Source: Takakia lepidozioides (Eukaryota > Plantae > Bryophyta). Taken from it: DNA of 64,000 bases. The translations under genes and the position numbers were made by a program. Positions 10,738-24,885 of this stretch are shown here, piece after piece. The notes below the pieces were generated by a model, which saw only the letters and a program-made list of their open reading frames with translations, ran no database searches and was not told where the DNA came from. How positions within the stretch are numbered: position 1 is the stretch's first letter; the number at the start of each line of letters is the position of its first letter. The stretch is from the NCBI GenBank assembly GCA_030704615.1, contig CM060731.1:5580001-5644000 (forward strand), given 5' to 3'.

Positions 10738-13149
10738 ATGGCACCAAAGAGGAAGGTGAAAGGAGGGGAGAAAGGTTCGGCTACCATGACACCTCCTAGT
10801 GCGCGTTCCTCTCAAAGGTCCCCAGAGCCCCCCGCCCCGAACTCGTCGTCCTCGTCCCTGCAAACGGTAATCAGTTGCTCCTTATTACTTTCACTGTGCT
10901 TACATCTAGACGGTTTTATTTCCTCTCATGTTGTCACTGTCACTCGCCGATTTGCTTTGATTGAAACTTGGGTTTTTTTTTTTTTTTTGGGAAGGGGACT
11001 GAGGCCCTGCACGAACTTTATTTATAATTACATATTCTGGGTTTACATATTCTCTCTGTCTTTGTCGGTAAATTGTTTTTCATGACAATTTTGGAGTTTT
11101 TTTTTCTCTGAGTATAAATTTTCTTCGTTCTTTTATATTTGTGTCATAACAATCCAAACTAAAAGATACGGTTATGCGTATTCTGACAATAGGTACAGGA
11201 AAACTATAGGACCGAACAGTTTATTTTAAGTTGTAGCGTACGTTATTATATATTATTTTTATTTTACTGGGGAAGTGCTATTTTTTCCTTAAATATTGTT
11301 TTTCATCTTTTAGTGTTTGTTGATAAAATTGTTCTTTTGATGGAAACCTGAGCAACCGCTACGGGCCCCTGGGGAAAATAACTTAAACCCCCTTTCGCAT
11401 GAGCCCACTGAACCCCAGACCGAAACTACAGGGAATTGAACGCCGAACCGAGACTGATGGTTTCCTTCACACCTAATTGCTGAACTAGGCCGGAGAACTA
11501 TGCATATTTTGGGTACCAAGTAAAGTGTGGAGTATGGTTTTCCATCGAACTATCGCCTTAGAATGCAAGGTTATACGGACCTGCTGAGTCACCATAAGAT
11601 TAGATTAGTTAGTTAACAGGCGGATCAATTAGCAGCCGTATGAGCGGATGCTGGAGAATTTCAAGAATATATGATCGTTTGAGTTAATTGGATTCTATAC
11701 AGGAAGCTGAGCAGATGGAGCTGGAGTTCGAATTGCAAAATGCATTAGTGACCTACCCCCATTGGCGTCTTTCAGGTGCTTTTCAGTTCAACAGGCACAT
11801 TTGTCCGATAAGTTTCGAGTATTTTATGATAGATAAAAAGATAGAAGAAGAAGAAGGAAGACTGTGTCCGGAGCCGGCGAAGTAAGAAAAGAGTCGCTTC
11901 GCCTCCTTTCATGGGTGGGCTCTAAAATGTAACTTAACTACATACTGCCTGTGAGGGGAGATTAAGGGACAGAGCTCGTAGATTATGACTAATGGTGGAA
12001 TTGGATGGAGCAGGAATGCACCGACATTTCATCGTGTTTGGCCTCATGGATTATCTAGAGCGGAGGTTTGTTGTCTCACATTCCCTGACGGACATTGGGC
12101 CCGAGTCGCCTAATATCAAGTGTAATGGCAAGCCTGTACTGGTACTGGAGTTTCAGAGTATTTTCAAAATTTTAAGGTCTCTCAGATTATCTTTCTTGTT
12201 GATTGATGGTGACTGTGAACCACAATACAGTGTGTAAGGTTTTTGGACAAGTTTACGGATTTTTTTTGTTGCTAAGTCTATGGGGAGATGCTGCAGGATG
12301 AACCGACATTTTACTTCGGATGAAGTCCTTCAGCTCTTGGACCGCAGTTATAACCTCGACCATCTGGTAAATAAACGTTTCCCACATCCCACCCAGCCAT
12401 TTTTCAAGTACGGCAGTGAAAACAAAACTCCTCACAGAAATTGCAACAATTCCATTTGGTTCTGATTTTGGTCTTAGTTGCCAGCTTGTAGACGCAGTAC
12501 ATTATCAGATTCCTGAGGCTATTTAGCTATCTGATTTGTAGATTCCAAGCCATGAGGTTAGTCCAACCTCTTCCTCTCTGCTCCATCTCAATGGAGCATC
12601 TCAAATCTATCATTTGTTTTTGCTTTGGCAGATTTTTGCTTTTTTGCTTTTGAAAAAGGGAAAATGATACAAAGTTGACCTATGCAAGAACTCCTATGGA
12701 ACAGCTAATTGTCCTTTTTAACCAGCTTTCTTCTCTTGGTTGCCTTGATTCATGTGACCCCTTTGGTGTACTGCTACTCATTTGTCACCTCCTTATCATT
12801 CTACTCTAAAGCAGTACTTAGGGTATGGCAAGCCAAAGTTCGCAACGGCAACAATATCAGAACAATGACAACAGTCAGTTCTGCCATACATGATGTTCCA
12901 CAGGCCAACAGCTTGTTTATCACTCTATTATTCAAACCAAAAGGCAGATCCTGCCCCAGAATGTCCTCATGCTGTTCTCTGTTGTGGTTCACCTAAATGG
13001 CATCTAGCTGATGGAATCGATTTTGTCTCTTACATGCCAAGTTCACATTTGGCTGGCAGACTCTGGACCGGCTGGAAGTAGAGTTGCTCAATCAGCAAAG
13101 AGAGTTCAGTTTGCCTCGAGATATTTTTCTACCAACTGACAATGACTAA
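10738..13149 (+). CDS. EAF7: Chromatin modification-related protein EAF7 / MRG-binding protein (NuA4 subunit), 5 exons
   Basis: GT-AG exons ~10738-10866, 11703-11775, 12014-12065, 12297-12366, 13060-13149 splice to ..EAEQMELEFELQNALVTYPHWRLSGMHRHFIVFGLMDYLERRMNRHFTSDEVLQLLDRSYNLDHL..FSLPRDIF..*, which matches the plant EAF7/MRGBP (CT20) family. Confidence 0.88.
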
Positions 13150-14603
13150 GTTGAGAAAGTTCTCATGAATTGGTACCCCAGGAGTAGTTTCATGGTGCAC
13201 AACAATTTTTAACACCAAGGTAAGATGAGGTGTGTCACTCGTATAAACGCTGTTCTGTTTCACAGTTTATTACACCTGGTGGCTGCAGATGTGTTTCAGA
13301 AATCTCTTCTTGGCTGTGCACAAAAGTTGAGGTTGTTAGAAGATAATTTGGCACAGTACTGGTGAGAACCACGTTTATTGAAATGTGGGTATATTTCTCA
13401 GTTTTCAGTGTTCTTTTTTTTCTCTGCTGTGACCATGACCACAATGTGTGATTAGCGGTATCTTATGCCAACTATCTGTTTTTGTTGCTGCAGAGTAGCT
13501 GCTTTCTTGGGAGCAGCCGTGATAGAGCCAGAAGATGTAGCTTCGACACATGGCTCTCTAGTATGTAGGAGGTGACCTGGCTTTATTTCTCAATGAGCTA
13601 GAAGGAAACGACTCCAGATTAAAGTTCATAGAACGTTAGGGTAGGATCAACCATTTTACACAAAATAACCCCACCTGGGCAGGCATTCATGGTATATTAT
13701 TTTATCCTCTATTTTCAGTGTATATGCACTTTTTCAACTAAGGCCAGTCATGGATGAAAGGAGTGGTCTAATGTCATTCGTTACAGACTCGCGCACTATT
13801 CTTGCTGAGTGACTCGTAGTTTGCATGGGAAGAGAAGAATAGGAGCGTGACGGCTGTGTGAACGTTCTCGTCAACGTCGCAGTTCTCGTCAACGTCGCAT
13901 CGTTTACTGTGGACCTTGGCAATGGAAGAGCGGTTCTTCTACAGAGCGGGGGGGTCCAGGAGCACAGCGAAGGGCGTTGAGGAGCGCTTGTTCTTTTGCT
14001 CGTTTCCCACAAACGGGGCCCAGTCATGCACAAGTAAAAGAATGTGTTTTCGCAGCCTGAGGACTCACAGGAGAACCTGCCATGGATCTGACCCACGATT
14101 CTTGGATATTCCCAAGAGCAAACCTGGCCCAAAGAGGTTAGGAGGCTTGACGTCAATTCAGCGTCAGCAGTTCAACCGCAGCTGTTCGTTGAAGTGGAAG
14201 ATTACACTGAGTGAGAAACGTTCTGTTGACAATCGCTTACAACAAGCAGAAGCAGATTGGGTGAGTTGTGATTTAAAGCTTTTGAATTTTTATCGAAGTA
14301 GGAGTGAATGGCTGTTGCATCCCTGCAGCATAGCATAGTGTTTCAGTTTGCAATGAAATTGAAATTTGTTCTGATTGATTTTTGTTCTTGGGAAACAAGG
14401 CTCGACGCTCTGGATCCACTACGTCCGAAGTCGGGCTCGACGAACGACACATCGACAAGGTAGAGTGGATCAATCAAAGAGTCCTCACCCTCAAGAAGAA
14501 ACCATGTAGCAATTATTCTGAGGATCAAAGGCTTTGTGGAAAAAGTTACGGAGAGAAGGGCACAACTCAAAGAAGAATATGGTGATCCCTCATGGCTGAT
14601 AGA

Positions 14604-14822
14604 CGATGATACCATGGACAGTGAAGGACCTCGTGGAGAGGGGTATGATTCTGAATGTCGAAAGTGTCGAATATGAGAGCCTGGAGTCACCTACTGAGGA
14701 AGAGAGGAAAAACGATGATACAGTGGAGACAGTGAAGGACCTCGTGGAGAGGGGTATGATTCCGAATGTCGAAAGTATCGAAAAGGAGAGCCTGGAGTCA
14801 CCTACTGAGGAAGAGAGGAAAA
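14604..14822 (+). repeat. ~110-bp tandem duplication in an orphan ORF
   Basis: Two copies of GATGATAC..ACAGTGAAGGACCTCGTGGAGAGGGGTATGATT...GAGGAAGAGAGGAAAA. Confidence 0.85.
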
Positions 14823-15589
14823 GGAAGAGAGGAGAGAAACTAGAGGCGCATGATATGCAAGGGGAAAATATGGCAAAGGAAACTTCATGGGGCAAAAAGC
14901 ATCGCAGTCTAGCATGTAGTATACTTTGAATACTTTAGGGGGATTACACAGAAGCAACGGAGCTTCGGTCCCAGAGAATTTCAAGGCAAAGTGAAAGACA
15001 CCATCTTTTGGCGAGTATTATTAATAGAAAGTGACGAGGGAAGCAGTGTTCCCCAATGATACTCCAAATGTCACCTCAAGTGGATGCCGCGGGCTACCTA
15101 CATGTAAATTTGCTAAAGCGTGTTCTAATCACTGCATCTTCTCTTGAGCTTGTTGGGCTGAGCCTGGTGGACTTGGCAACATTCACAATACGTCCGAATT
15201 GGGACGAGTTTGGAATTTGGTATAATCTACCAAAGCTTTTCTTTGAAGGTGTGTGGGATCCACCACTAGTTATTTCTGGAGTGTGAAGTCGGCGTCGGTT
15301 TGCACTCGCTGCTTGTCAAACCTGCCCGGACTGTGTCCGCGATAATCTTGCATCTGTGCTCTCTCCCAGCTACCAGGATCCTCTTTCAGAATCTGTGAAG
15401 CCTGCCAACTGAGCCGCTCCCAATCTGGGATTACCCACAGATTCCTGTATGCTATGCCTGGTGAGCTTACCCAGTCCTCTGTGTGTGTGTGTTTGGTATG
15501 TGAGCGCGCGCGCGCACAAGAGAGAGAGATCGTAGAACAGGGGGGATGCAAAGGGGGAGCAGTCCAAGTGGAGGAAAAGCAGGTATGGC

Positions 15590-18500
15590 TTAGAATTTGA
15601 TGCACTCCAGAGGCTCGCCAGTGATTTCATCAACCCTTACTATCATGGTTCTGTTGCAAGAAATGACATCTTGCCCGAGCTTGGCCCCCGCAGACTTGAG
15701 ACCTTTCATAGTGGTGGGCTGGTTGAAGAGATTGAGCACTGGCAGTTTTGACGCAGGTGGTAATTTCTTCTGCGGTAAAAGCAAGTGGAAATCCTCCTGC
15801 AACCATGCATTTCGTTTGAGAATGAAAATCCGTAAAGCAGCACCAGTGAGAACCGCAACCTCAGACTTTTGGACCCTTTCTTCAACTCGTAAGTACTCAT
15901 GACTTGCGTCCCCCGATCCTGGCAACAAAGTGAACCTCTTTCCCCAGCGCACTCACACAAGGATCTGTACAAAAGAGCTGCGTTTTGTGAAGAGGATCAC
16001 TTTCCTACTTACATCCTGAGCGGCACCACCCATGAAGGCTCCCTAAAGGCTCTCTGTTTCGTTCTCTATCCTCATTCCATAATGGGTGGAATTTCGGGAC
16101 TCCCTTCGGTCGGACAAGTGCTTAAAATCCATGGTATGAACTATTCTCGTGTATCATAGTTAGCATAGGAAACCGGAGGACAAGCCCGAGTTAGTTTTTT
16201 TCAAGTGGGAGCTGGTTAAAGAAAGAGACCTGCAGAAGCGGGACCTCAAAGTCCTCCTTCTTGTGTTTGACAATGTTGTCAGCTGCGTTAATGTGCGCGC
16301 CCGGTTCCATGTGGTTGGTAGAGAAGCTGGTTTGGTCGGGGAAGTTGGGGTACAGGGTGACATAGCCCCGTAGATACATCACATCTATCAAAAATTTCTT
16401 CCAGGATGCCTGCCAGTGCTCAATCAGAGGTAAGTCCATTGCTTTCACAACAGGTGAACTGACAAGCTAGATACTCTGCTTCTGAAAATCTATCTACTCT
16501 ATCACCTGTTCAACAAAAATGTGAAGAGATGATTTAACAGTCACTTCTCCTGCAGGAATCTATGATTTATCACAGATCTAAATTGCAAAACTTGTTACTG
16601 GAACGGATCACCTCCCTCTAAACAGACACATCACAGAGGCAACGAACAGCATAATCATAACAAAAGAATGCTGAATGCCACTGACCTGCCACCCATTTGT
16701 CCGCGAGCGAGGGATCTGTACAGGGTTAGCTTTGGCATCCTCAGTGTAACGCATGCCCATGTATTTGTAGAACTCACGCCACCGTTGCGGGAAGAAGAGG
16801 GCTCCCCAGCTGCAGGGCAGCTGATGTAGATATGGCGTATTGGGGTGCACCATTTTGAAGAAATCAGTTGCATTCCAACGGGGCCTTTCCTTCACAACTT
16901 CAATCACTCTGGGAGTGTACAGAGCTATGGCGTTAAGCTCTGGCAAGTGCACAGTGGGATCATAATGGTAGGCCAGTAATGCATACTTTAGCCACATGTA
17001 GTAGAAGGGAGACACCTCGATGTCATCTTCCAACAACAGCCCAAAGTCATCGTCTGATGCTGGGTACCTGCAATGTGCTGGTAATTAGTGTATGAGATTC
17101 AAAAGGGAGGATCAACTCGTCTACTACCAGCGCTGGAAAACATTAGACCTGGGGCAGCTCAATATTATGTGAACTCAAAAATTTGGAGAATGGAGTAGAT
17201 GGTATGGAGATTTCAAGGTAAACTTGGATTGTCACGCAGTGAAGGTATAGGTACAGGAGCTACACTGGAACTTTGCAATGCACAAGACACAGAGCAGGGA
17301 GACAGAGAGAGAATCCACCTACAAACTCCAAAGGCAAGTTTGAGCGAAATGTGGAGAAAGTGATGGTAATAAAAGTGCTCAAAAGAGAAAAGTACCAGCT
17401 CTCGCTGACCGCTCTTATGAGACCTCCCTGGATGATTCGTCGGCGTACTATCTTGGGGCCGTGTGGCCATTCGAATTCATTGATGACGCGGAGAGTTTCG
17501 GCATCAACCTTGCTGTCCATGTTGAAGGAGATGGCGATGACATCTCCCAAGTAGTGTGCATCCACCAGCGATTTTAACAGGCGGTGGAGAGATCCAGCCC
17601 GATTTTGGGTGATGATGTTGATAGAGATTCTCATCTTGTTCCAAACTGCTTCACCGAACGCCTAAAGTCAGTACAACGCACCACAGGCTTGGTCCATTTA
17701 TCTGGTGGCCAGTTTAAATGAATCTAGCCTTCGCAGATTACTGTACAACATTAGTCCCAACAATGTACTCACACTGAAAGATAACATGCTGAGAAGGGCA
17801 GAGGGAGGATTGTGAGAAGTGAGGAGAAGGGGTGGCCTTACCGCGCAAGGCAGCGGACTTGACATCCGACATCCAGAGGGCATATGGAATGGCTGATTGT
17901 GGAAGGTGCACTAGCGTGGCATTGCCAGGAGTCACGGCCAGGGTTAGCCCCTCGCGCACATTGGCAGCCAGATCATTCACTGTGATTACAAGGGCAGGAG
18001 AGTGAATCCGCATCAATCCGCGCATTGCCACAAATACTTCCTGAATGATGGAGGAGTCCACATTGCCTTTGGCCACAGACCCAACCTGGCAACGCAACAC
18101 AGTGTTCAAACTAAGACTTGCGGTATGTACATGTCCAGAGTCCCAGCCAGTTCAAAGATTTTCATCGAACTACCCCTTTCTTCCTTTCTTACCTCCAAAT
18201 CAAAGATCTTGAATCGGCGGTCGTGGCAGGAAGCAGCAATCCAGCCCAGAATAGCAGCAGCTTCCTCGCAAGGACAGTGTGTGCCCCCACTCACAACCAC
18301 AAACGCTTTCTTCCCAGGTGTGCTCCGAAATTTGAGAATGAGAGGGGCGAGGGCTTTGACCTCATCCAGCGAGTGGGCATAGAATAGAACATCGGATTGC
18401 TGGGGATACATGGTGGCCCACTGTGTCACATAGCCCCTTGACATTGTCCTCCACCATTGGTCATCACGAATCTGAAAGAGGAAAGGATGTCTTTGAATAG

Positions 18501-21109
18501 TCAGTCATTACTCTCAACTGTAACTTGCTTTACAATTATACAGCTGCCTGAGCGCTACGGACATTGACCCGGCCATCAACCCTTTTGGAGTTAGGAGAGA
18601 CGTAATTGTTATAATATCGGTGCATCTCCACCTTCACCCTGGTGCCAATCACGCAACCAGAAAGATACTGCAGGTGCCCATGACCCGATGTCCAGAGAAG
18701 GGTGTAGAACTTAAGGACAGAGGGAGGGCACCGAGCTACTACGAGAACAGCAGCCGTGGAGAGAAAGGGAATTGTACGAGTTCTTGGACTGGTTCCAAAT
18801 TTCCCACAATGTTCACACAACGCACATGTGAAAGAAACTGGGAGTGGCGGGTAGGGGCAAAGGGCATATTTGACCTGAACAATGTCTTTGTGAATGACGG
18901 TGGTCTCAGAGACATAAGCGAGTCGGTGCTCGCTATCGCCCCATGTGTCTTTGTCGTTGAGGTCTACTGGCAAGACAAACGAGGCTGCGTCCCGGTACTT
19001 TTGCAGCTGGTAACTACCCTCCGAGATATATCCACACACAGACACTCTCATCAGAAACTTTCAACCAGTGTATAACCGGAGAATGAAGAGCTTCTTAGAT
19101 CACAGAACCTTAGCACCTTAGAAGAGAAGCCATATTTGGTCGAAGAAAGAAAGTGAAAGTTTAAATTATGCGATGAGACAATTCCAGACCAATTCTCCCT
19201 CCTACCTTTCACAGTCCTTACGCACAGCAATTCGAGCTCACCTGAGATGGAGATCCTCTCCTGTGGCGAATGTGAAGGGAGTTTCAATGAACAGGGTTTT
19301 GACGAGGTGAGTGGGAAGAAACCAGGAACTTGACAAAAAGTCCACCTGCACTATTCGGTCCACCACTATATTGTATGCAGGATCTGGTATGTAGATTCCT
19401 GCCTCTTTGGATCCAAATTTACGATAGCTGGGAAAGCTGAAGTCCTTTTGCCTGAATGGGAGAATACGTCCAATGCTTCCTAATACAGAGTTGCGGTACT
19501 TGTCAGTGCCGGCCACATGAGTGAGAATTTGAAGCATGCGCCTCCCAGGTATCATGTCGTCATCCAGCATGTATACATAGTCGGCACCCTCTGCCTACAT
19601 ACTCAAAACAATCGTACATCGAAATGTTGTTAGTATGGAATACTTCCTGAAGATTCAAGAAGTAACGGTGAGCATTGAACTGGATCTTTGAAAATCTGCA
19701 AAACAGTTTTGCTACACATGTATGACAGGTACTACCCTCGCCCAATTCAGGTGTTGCAGGGCATCAAACAATCCACTGTCCAGATCTATGAAAAGCTATA
19801 CATGTCCATCGTGAGTAATGCAACAGATACCTGCAATGCCATCTGAAACCTTCCGTAATATTTGAAGTCGTAGACTGATCCAACAAAAGTAATCCGGGTA
19901 TCGTTGTACGCCTCAACAATTGCACGTAAATGATCCTCCTGTGCGCTCCCAAATGCAAGCACCCACACATTGTGGAAAGGCAGAGTCTGTTGGAGAAGTG
20001 CGTCCAGCTGGGCACACAAAGTTTTCCTTTGAAAATGGTTGAGGATTACTGTAACCTTTGCCTGATCGGACGTCGACGGCAAGTTCATCAGCTCATCGAG
20101 GGTCTCGCATCCCCGCCTGCGTTGTTGAAACACCATCACCTCTCTGCATGCAGTGTTGCAACGAACTGCATCAACATATGACGAAAGACAGTAGACAGGT
20201 GCAGTCTATATACATGTACATAGATATACCGAGAGATATACTTCATACGTGATTGTAGCAGGTAGAACCATGGGTCTTAGACAAATTGTTCCTTCAGCCG
20301 CTATATTGTGTTAACTTTAGTTCAGTGCAGGTTTTAAGCGGTAACCCAACCTGATCGTGGCTCATCGTTCCTCCCATGGAAACTGGCTTTGAGGTTCCCC
20401 TGTGCAACTAACAACCCAAGACAGTCCTGAGGACTAGACTCCAGGATACAGAGTGGTCAGAATCCTTCCTTAAATGAAACTGGATATGAGACCTTACCGC
20501 AACCAACCAAACTTGTGACCTCAGGAATTACTCCGCATGTGCACATGCACACACAGTTTGAAATAAAATGCAAGTGCTATTAGTAAGCAGAACCGGAGAG
20601 TTGCCCCTGCAATGCAGTGGTAATTGAGACCTGATCCCAGCTGTAGGTCTCCAGATAGAGTAAGAGGTGATGCTGACACACCTGTAGAGACTGGTCTTGA
20701 GGTCTATCATTCTGGTATCGTTGGATTTCTTCTGGTTGAAGTCTATCTCTTCCTTTTCACACAGAGCGCCCTTCGAGAGCACGAACACCGGCTGGACCGT
20801 ATGCTGAGATTGTGACATGAAAACTTTCCATTGCTTTGCGATTTGAGAGGCCCAGGACGTATCAGGTCCTGTCATTAGATCAATTGTGGGACTCATAAAG
20901 TACAGCAGAAATGTGGCATATAGTGCAAACGCAAACTGTAGGCAAGTCAGACCTGCAGCCAGGTGCATGTTCTTACTGCCCTTTCCTCGCGACCCTTTAA
21001 TTATATAATCCTTGAAGAATGCCTCCGCCTGGGAGTCACCACTCGATCTCATTGTGGCAGACATACTATCCCCAACTCTCGCTGCACCTGGAGACCGACC
21101 ACCCTTCAT
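15590..21109 (-). CDS. Glycosyltransferase family 2 protein (At5g60700-like), ~10 exons
   Basis: Exons ~21109-20682, 20143-19832, 19594-19241, 19008-18874, 18472-18193, 18085-17842, 17645-17395, 17067-16686, 16409-16230, 15796-15590. N-terminal TM helix, VTVILNHFQRKTLCAQL, LDDDMIPG, RISINIITQNR, LLLEDDIEVSP, QLPCSWGA, STNHMEPG. Confidence 0.92.
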
Positions 21110-24039
21110 GAAAAACACTCAAAGATCTGCCCCACCTCTCCTCCCCCTGCACTGCTTCCACATCTCCTCCCTCCCCCGCCCCTCCCTCCCCTCCTCTCTC
21201 TCCTTCCTCTCTCTCTCCCCTCTCTTCTGTTTCATCAAAGATGTACCTTCAGGACTCCCAGATCTGTAAACAAGCCTCAGATCTGACCCCCCATCTCTTA
21301 ATTGGCCCTTCTCTTCTCTTCTCTTCTCTTCACTCTCCTCTACTCTCTTGTCTAGTCTCGTCTCCCTCTCTCTCGCAGAATCAAGCAGCTGCTTTTGTCG
21401 GTGCTTCGCACGTACACTTCTTGTCTTTGCAAATCGCACGCGCAGCTGCCACCGGTTGCCTCGACCCCGAGCCTTAGCCTCGGAAAAACCCTAGCCAGAT
21501 CTTTCCACGCCGCTCTGGCGTTCAAATCCACAACCGCAAGCGTTCCACGAGTGTTTGCTCACGTTTGCGCTATGACACGTCGGAACGGGCATGTGGCTCC
21601 AACATTCATTGCTCCCGATGCTTTTATTTGGCCCCGATATTAAGTCCAGAATTTGTGTTGAAAGCCCACAGAATGAAGAAAAACTTTAAAAAATTAACAA
21701 TTGTATGATTTTAATGATCCGTGAATGTTGAGGGGAGGGGGCATGATTGGTACGTTGTGCGCTAAAGTAAGGGTCCCCAGGAATGGGGGGGTCGACCAGT
21801 ACCGCGACTTTATTTGTTTGGTCTACGCGCCGAGGAACCGTCGTGCGGTCGTCCGCGGCAACGACGTGTGAAGTCGTGGCCACGCGAGCACGTCTCTCGT
21901 CGCCCGTGCGGCACACCGCGCAGTCTGATAGCTGCCCCGGCAAGAACGGCCCGCGCTGACCAGCGTTAGGCAGCCCTGCGTTCTTGTCGCCTTGCCATGC
22001 GCGCTCTGTCGTCTCCTTCTCATCTGCGCTGGGGCTCAAGGATGCCTGCTGTCTGCAGTCCCATCGCAGCCCGGAGCACTAGAAAGTGACGGCTTGGGAG
22101 TGAATCAGGCAGCGCTGGAGAACTTATGCAGGGAATGTAGTGTGGTAGGAGTTTCTGATGTCGCAGAAAAATCTGAAGGAGCTGATTGAGTAGGAGAAGG
22201 GGGTGCTCATGCTCCAGTTCCTCACCCTCCCGTCAACCAAAATAGCTGCTTTTGCTTGTGTAGGTTGAGACGGTTCTGGGTCTGTAGGACTGGTGACCAT
22301 AGATCTATGTTTTAGTAACTGGCTTGTGCAGGTTGTTGTCACTCTCGAGTTGTCGGTCGAGTTTCCTAACTCCTTGCCGAGCTTTCTGTATTTGAATGGT
22401 CGCAGAAAGAATACAGTCAAACCTGGATAAATGTTACCTCTTTTTTCTGTTATATCATCCTAAATGTTATGGTTTTCTTACTCTGTAAAAATATACACTA
22501 AGAATGACAAGAAGAGTGTTATTTGTTATTTGTTATTGAATACCTACTCTCCTCTTTGTTAAGACCCCTCTGTAATTGTTACGTTCAATAAAATAATAAA
22601 AATAAAATAAATATGGTACTAGTATTCAAATTCAAATTCATTCTGGAAATGGGCATTTGAACTATTGAAATGGCCATGAGAACCCTAACCGCCGTCTGTT
22701 AGGGTTTGGGGGGCCTCCAAGGAACTTGAGAACCTCCTAGTAGGGTATTGCGAATGTTTACGGGAACAGAGAACAGTAGGTAACACTTCAGTGCTACTGA
22801 GATACTATGATCATACGTTTGAAGAAGAGAGGAAGCATTCGATGCTACCATTGTACATGTCGGCAATGTCTTGTTATGAGATGGATCGAGAATCCAACAA
22901 GAAGCTATGTTTGTAGATTAAATGTGAGGTTCCACATTGGTCTAGATTTTGCCGTGAGGCCAAAAGGTTGAATTGCAAGTGTTTGAATAGATTTAGAATC
23001 CTCCTTGTTTGGTTATGTAGTTGTAGATTTAAACTCGGTGAAGTATCAAATCTTGAGAGCAACGAGGAGGTCGACGTCAACACTGATGAGAGCAGCGATG
23101 AGATTGAGTTTGATAGTGGACATTACGGACATAGTGGATATAGAGACATTACGTCATATTTTCTGCCCTCTCTCTAGATGTTATCTTGCATCTGAAGGAC
23201 CTGTTTTAATAATGTTAAATTTCTAGTTATTATGTTATGAAATTTCAACCTGTTTTTACTGTTATTTGATATAACTGCCTAATTATAGAGTTCCTACTCT
23301 TGGAGCATAACAATTATCCAGGTTTGCCTGCACAGTGGGTGCGAGGGTTTAAGGTTTATACTGCCTAAGGAGATCCTGTTGGTTTTATTAAGTTTTTCCA
23401 CGTGCATTGCTGCCATATCGAATGTAAGGGTGGCCGGTACTGGGATAGACTGGGGGTCAGAGCGCGGTGGAAAGCTTGTGATTAATACTGAGATAGCTGT
23501 GCGTGTGGGTGTGAGAAAGAGAGAGCTCAATCGTAAACGTGAAAGTGCTAATGATGGAAGAAAATTCAGCACGCCCATCTGGGCTAACCAGTTGGGTGGC
23601 TCACATCAGAAAGCTTTGTGCCTCTTAAGTCGAGAGAAAACGCTCTCGGATTTTCCTGCAGGTACAACTAAGAAGGGGTTTCTTTTGAGGCTAAGAGCCT
23701 TGCCCTCTTTAGGAAGAGCGCATTGTAAGACCAATAAAGCCCCTCACGTTGTTTCGGGGTCATTTTGGAACTCCTAGTAGATAATTGCCCACTACCATGA
23801 CTGGACTGCAATTCCGAAAAATGTATACCTATCATCATGATCATGATCATCATGTTCTTGGTCTAGGAGGGAGGTCCTAGCTCAAAGCTCATGAGAAGTT
23901 TGTTTGAGTACCAAAGTAGAGTAACTCAGCGTAGTTCAGCCACATTACACAGTGCTACAATGGAAGTAGTTTAAGCAATGCTTATAAGTCCATCATAGCA
24001 TATCAGTATCTTTTGTGTAGACATTTCAGCTATCACTTC

Positions 24040-24885
24040 TCCCATGCGATAGGGCAGGGAGAGGGTGTGCACATCCTTGAATTTTGTTTTTGAAATATGC
24101 AAGGGTGGTGTCGGCAAGACAGCTCTATTAAAGGTCTACGTACAGAAGGGGCACTCGGTCATTTGAAGTAAAGAGGTACAAGAGCTGGTAGGAGCTGGTC
24201 GAAGGGCTATCGCCAGGCGCATAATCCTCTTTTCAAGTCATTCATGCTATCCTGTCTGGCAATTTGTGTACATATTTGCATTCTACCGTGAGGAGAGCGG
24301 ATTTTAATTGCAAACCTATGTGTCATGCAGACAAAGCTGTAATCTCCCCCATATATTAATATGAAGAAATAATCTTCTTGACAACATACATATACAATAA
24401 GGGAAAGAATTAATGATCATGCACATCAAGTGCTTGACAAAGTCGCGGTGGTCTGGATGATGCACGATATGCTTAGAATGGCCGGTGTGGTAGGGAAGCA
24501 CTCTTACAATTTCAACTGCATCAGGAAGGCTTGAAAGCCGGAAATCTTGCAGTATCACCCTTCATTTTTCTTATGTCTGCATGCACTCACGTGGGTCTAA
24601 TCCATGAGGACCATCACTTCTTTAATTCCCTGAGTCGTTATCATAGCCTCACATATACAATGGAACATTTTTGCTGCACAGATGGACCTTCTTGTTGCAT
24701 GAGGAATTCCTGGTGATTTGTGAAGAGGTAGCTGATGGGCAGTTATAAAGGGAAAGCATCCTTAAGCCACAGATACAATCCCCTTATGGGCAGCTATCAA
24801 ACATCTATGCTGCAGCTGGCTGGTGTGATGAGAAACCAGATGTAAGAAATTTGATGGAGGACAGAGGTGTCGAAAAGTCCACCAA
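24040..24885 (+). pseudogene. PLS/E-class pentatricopeptide repeat (RNA-editing factor type) pseudogene
   Basis: GQGEGVH..VGKTALLKVYVQKG; FIFLMSACTHVGLIHEDHHFFNSLSRYHSLTYTMEHFCC; E-motif LSNIYAAAGWCDEKPDVRNLMEDRGVEK; many stops and frameshifts. Confidence 0.75.
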
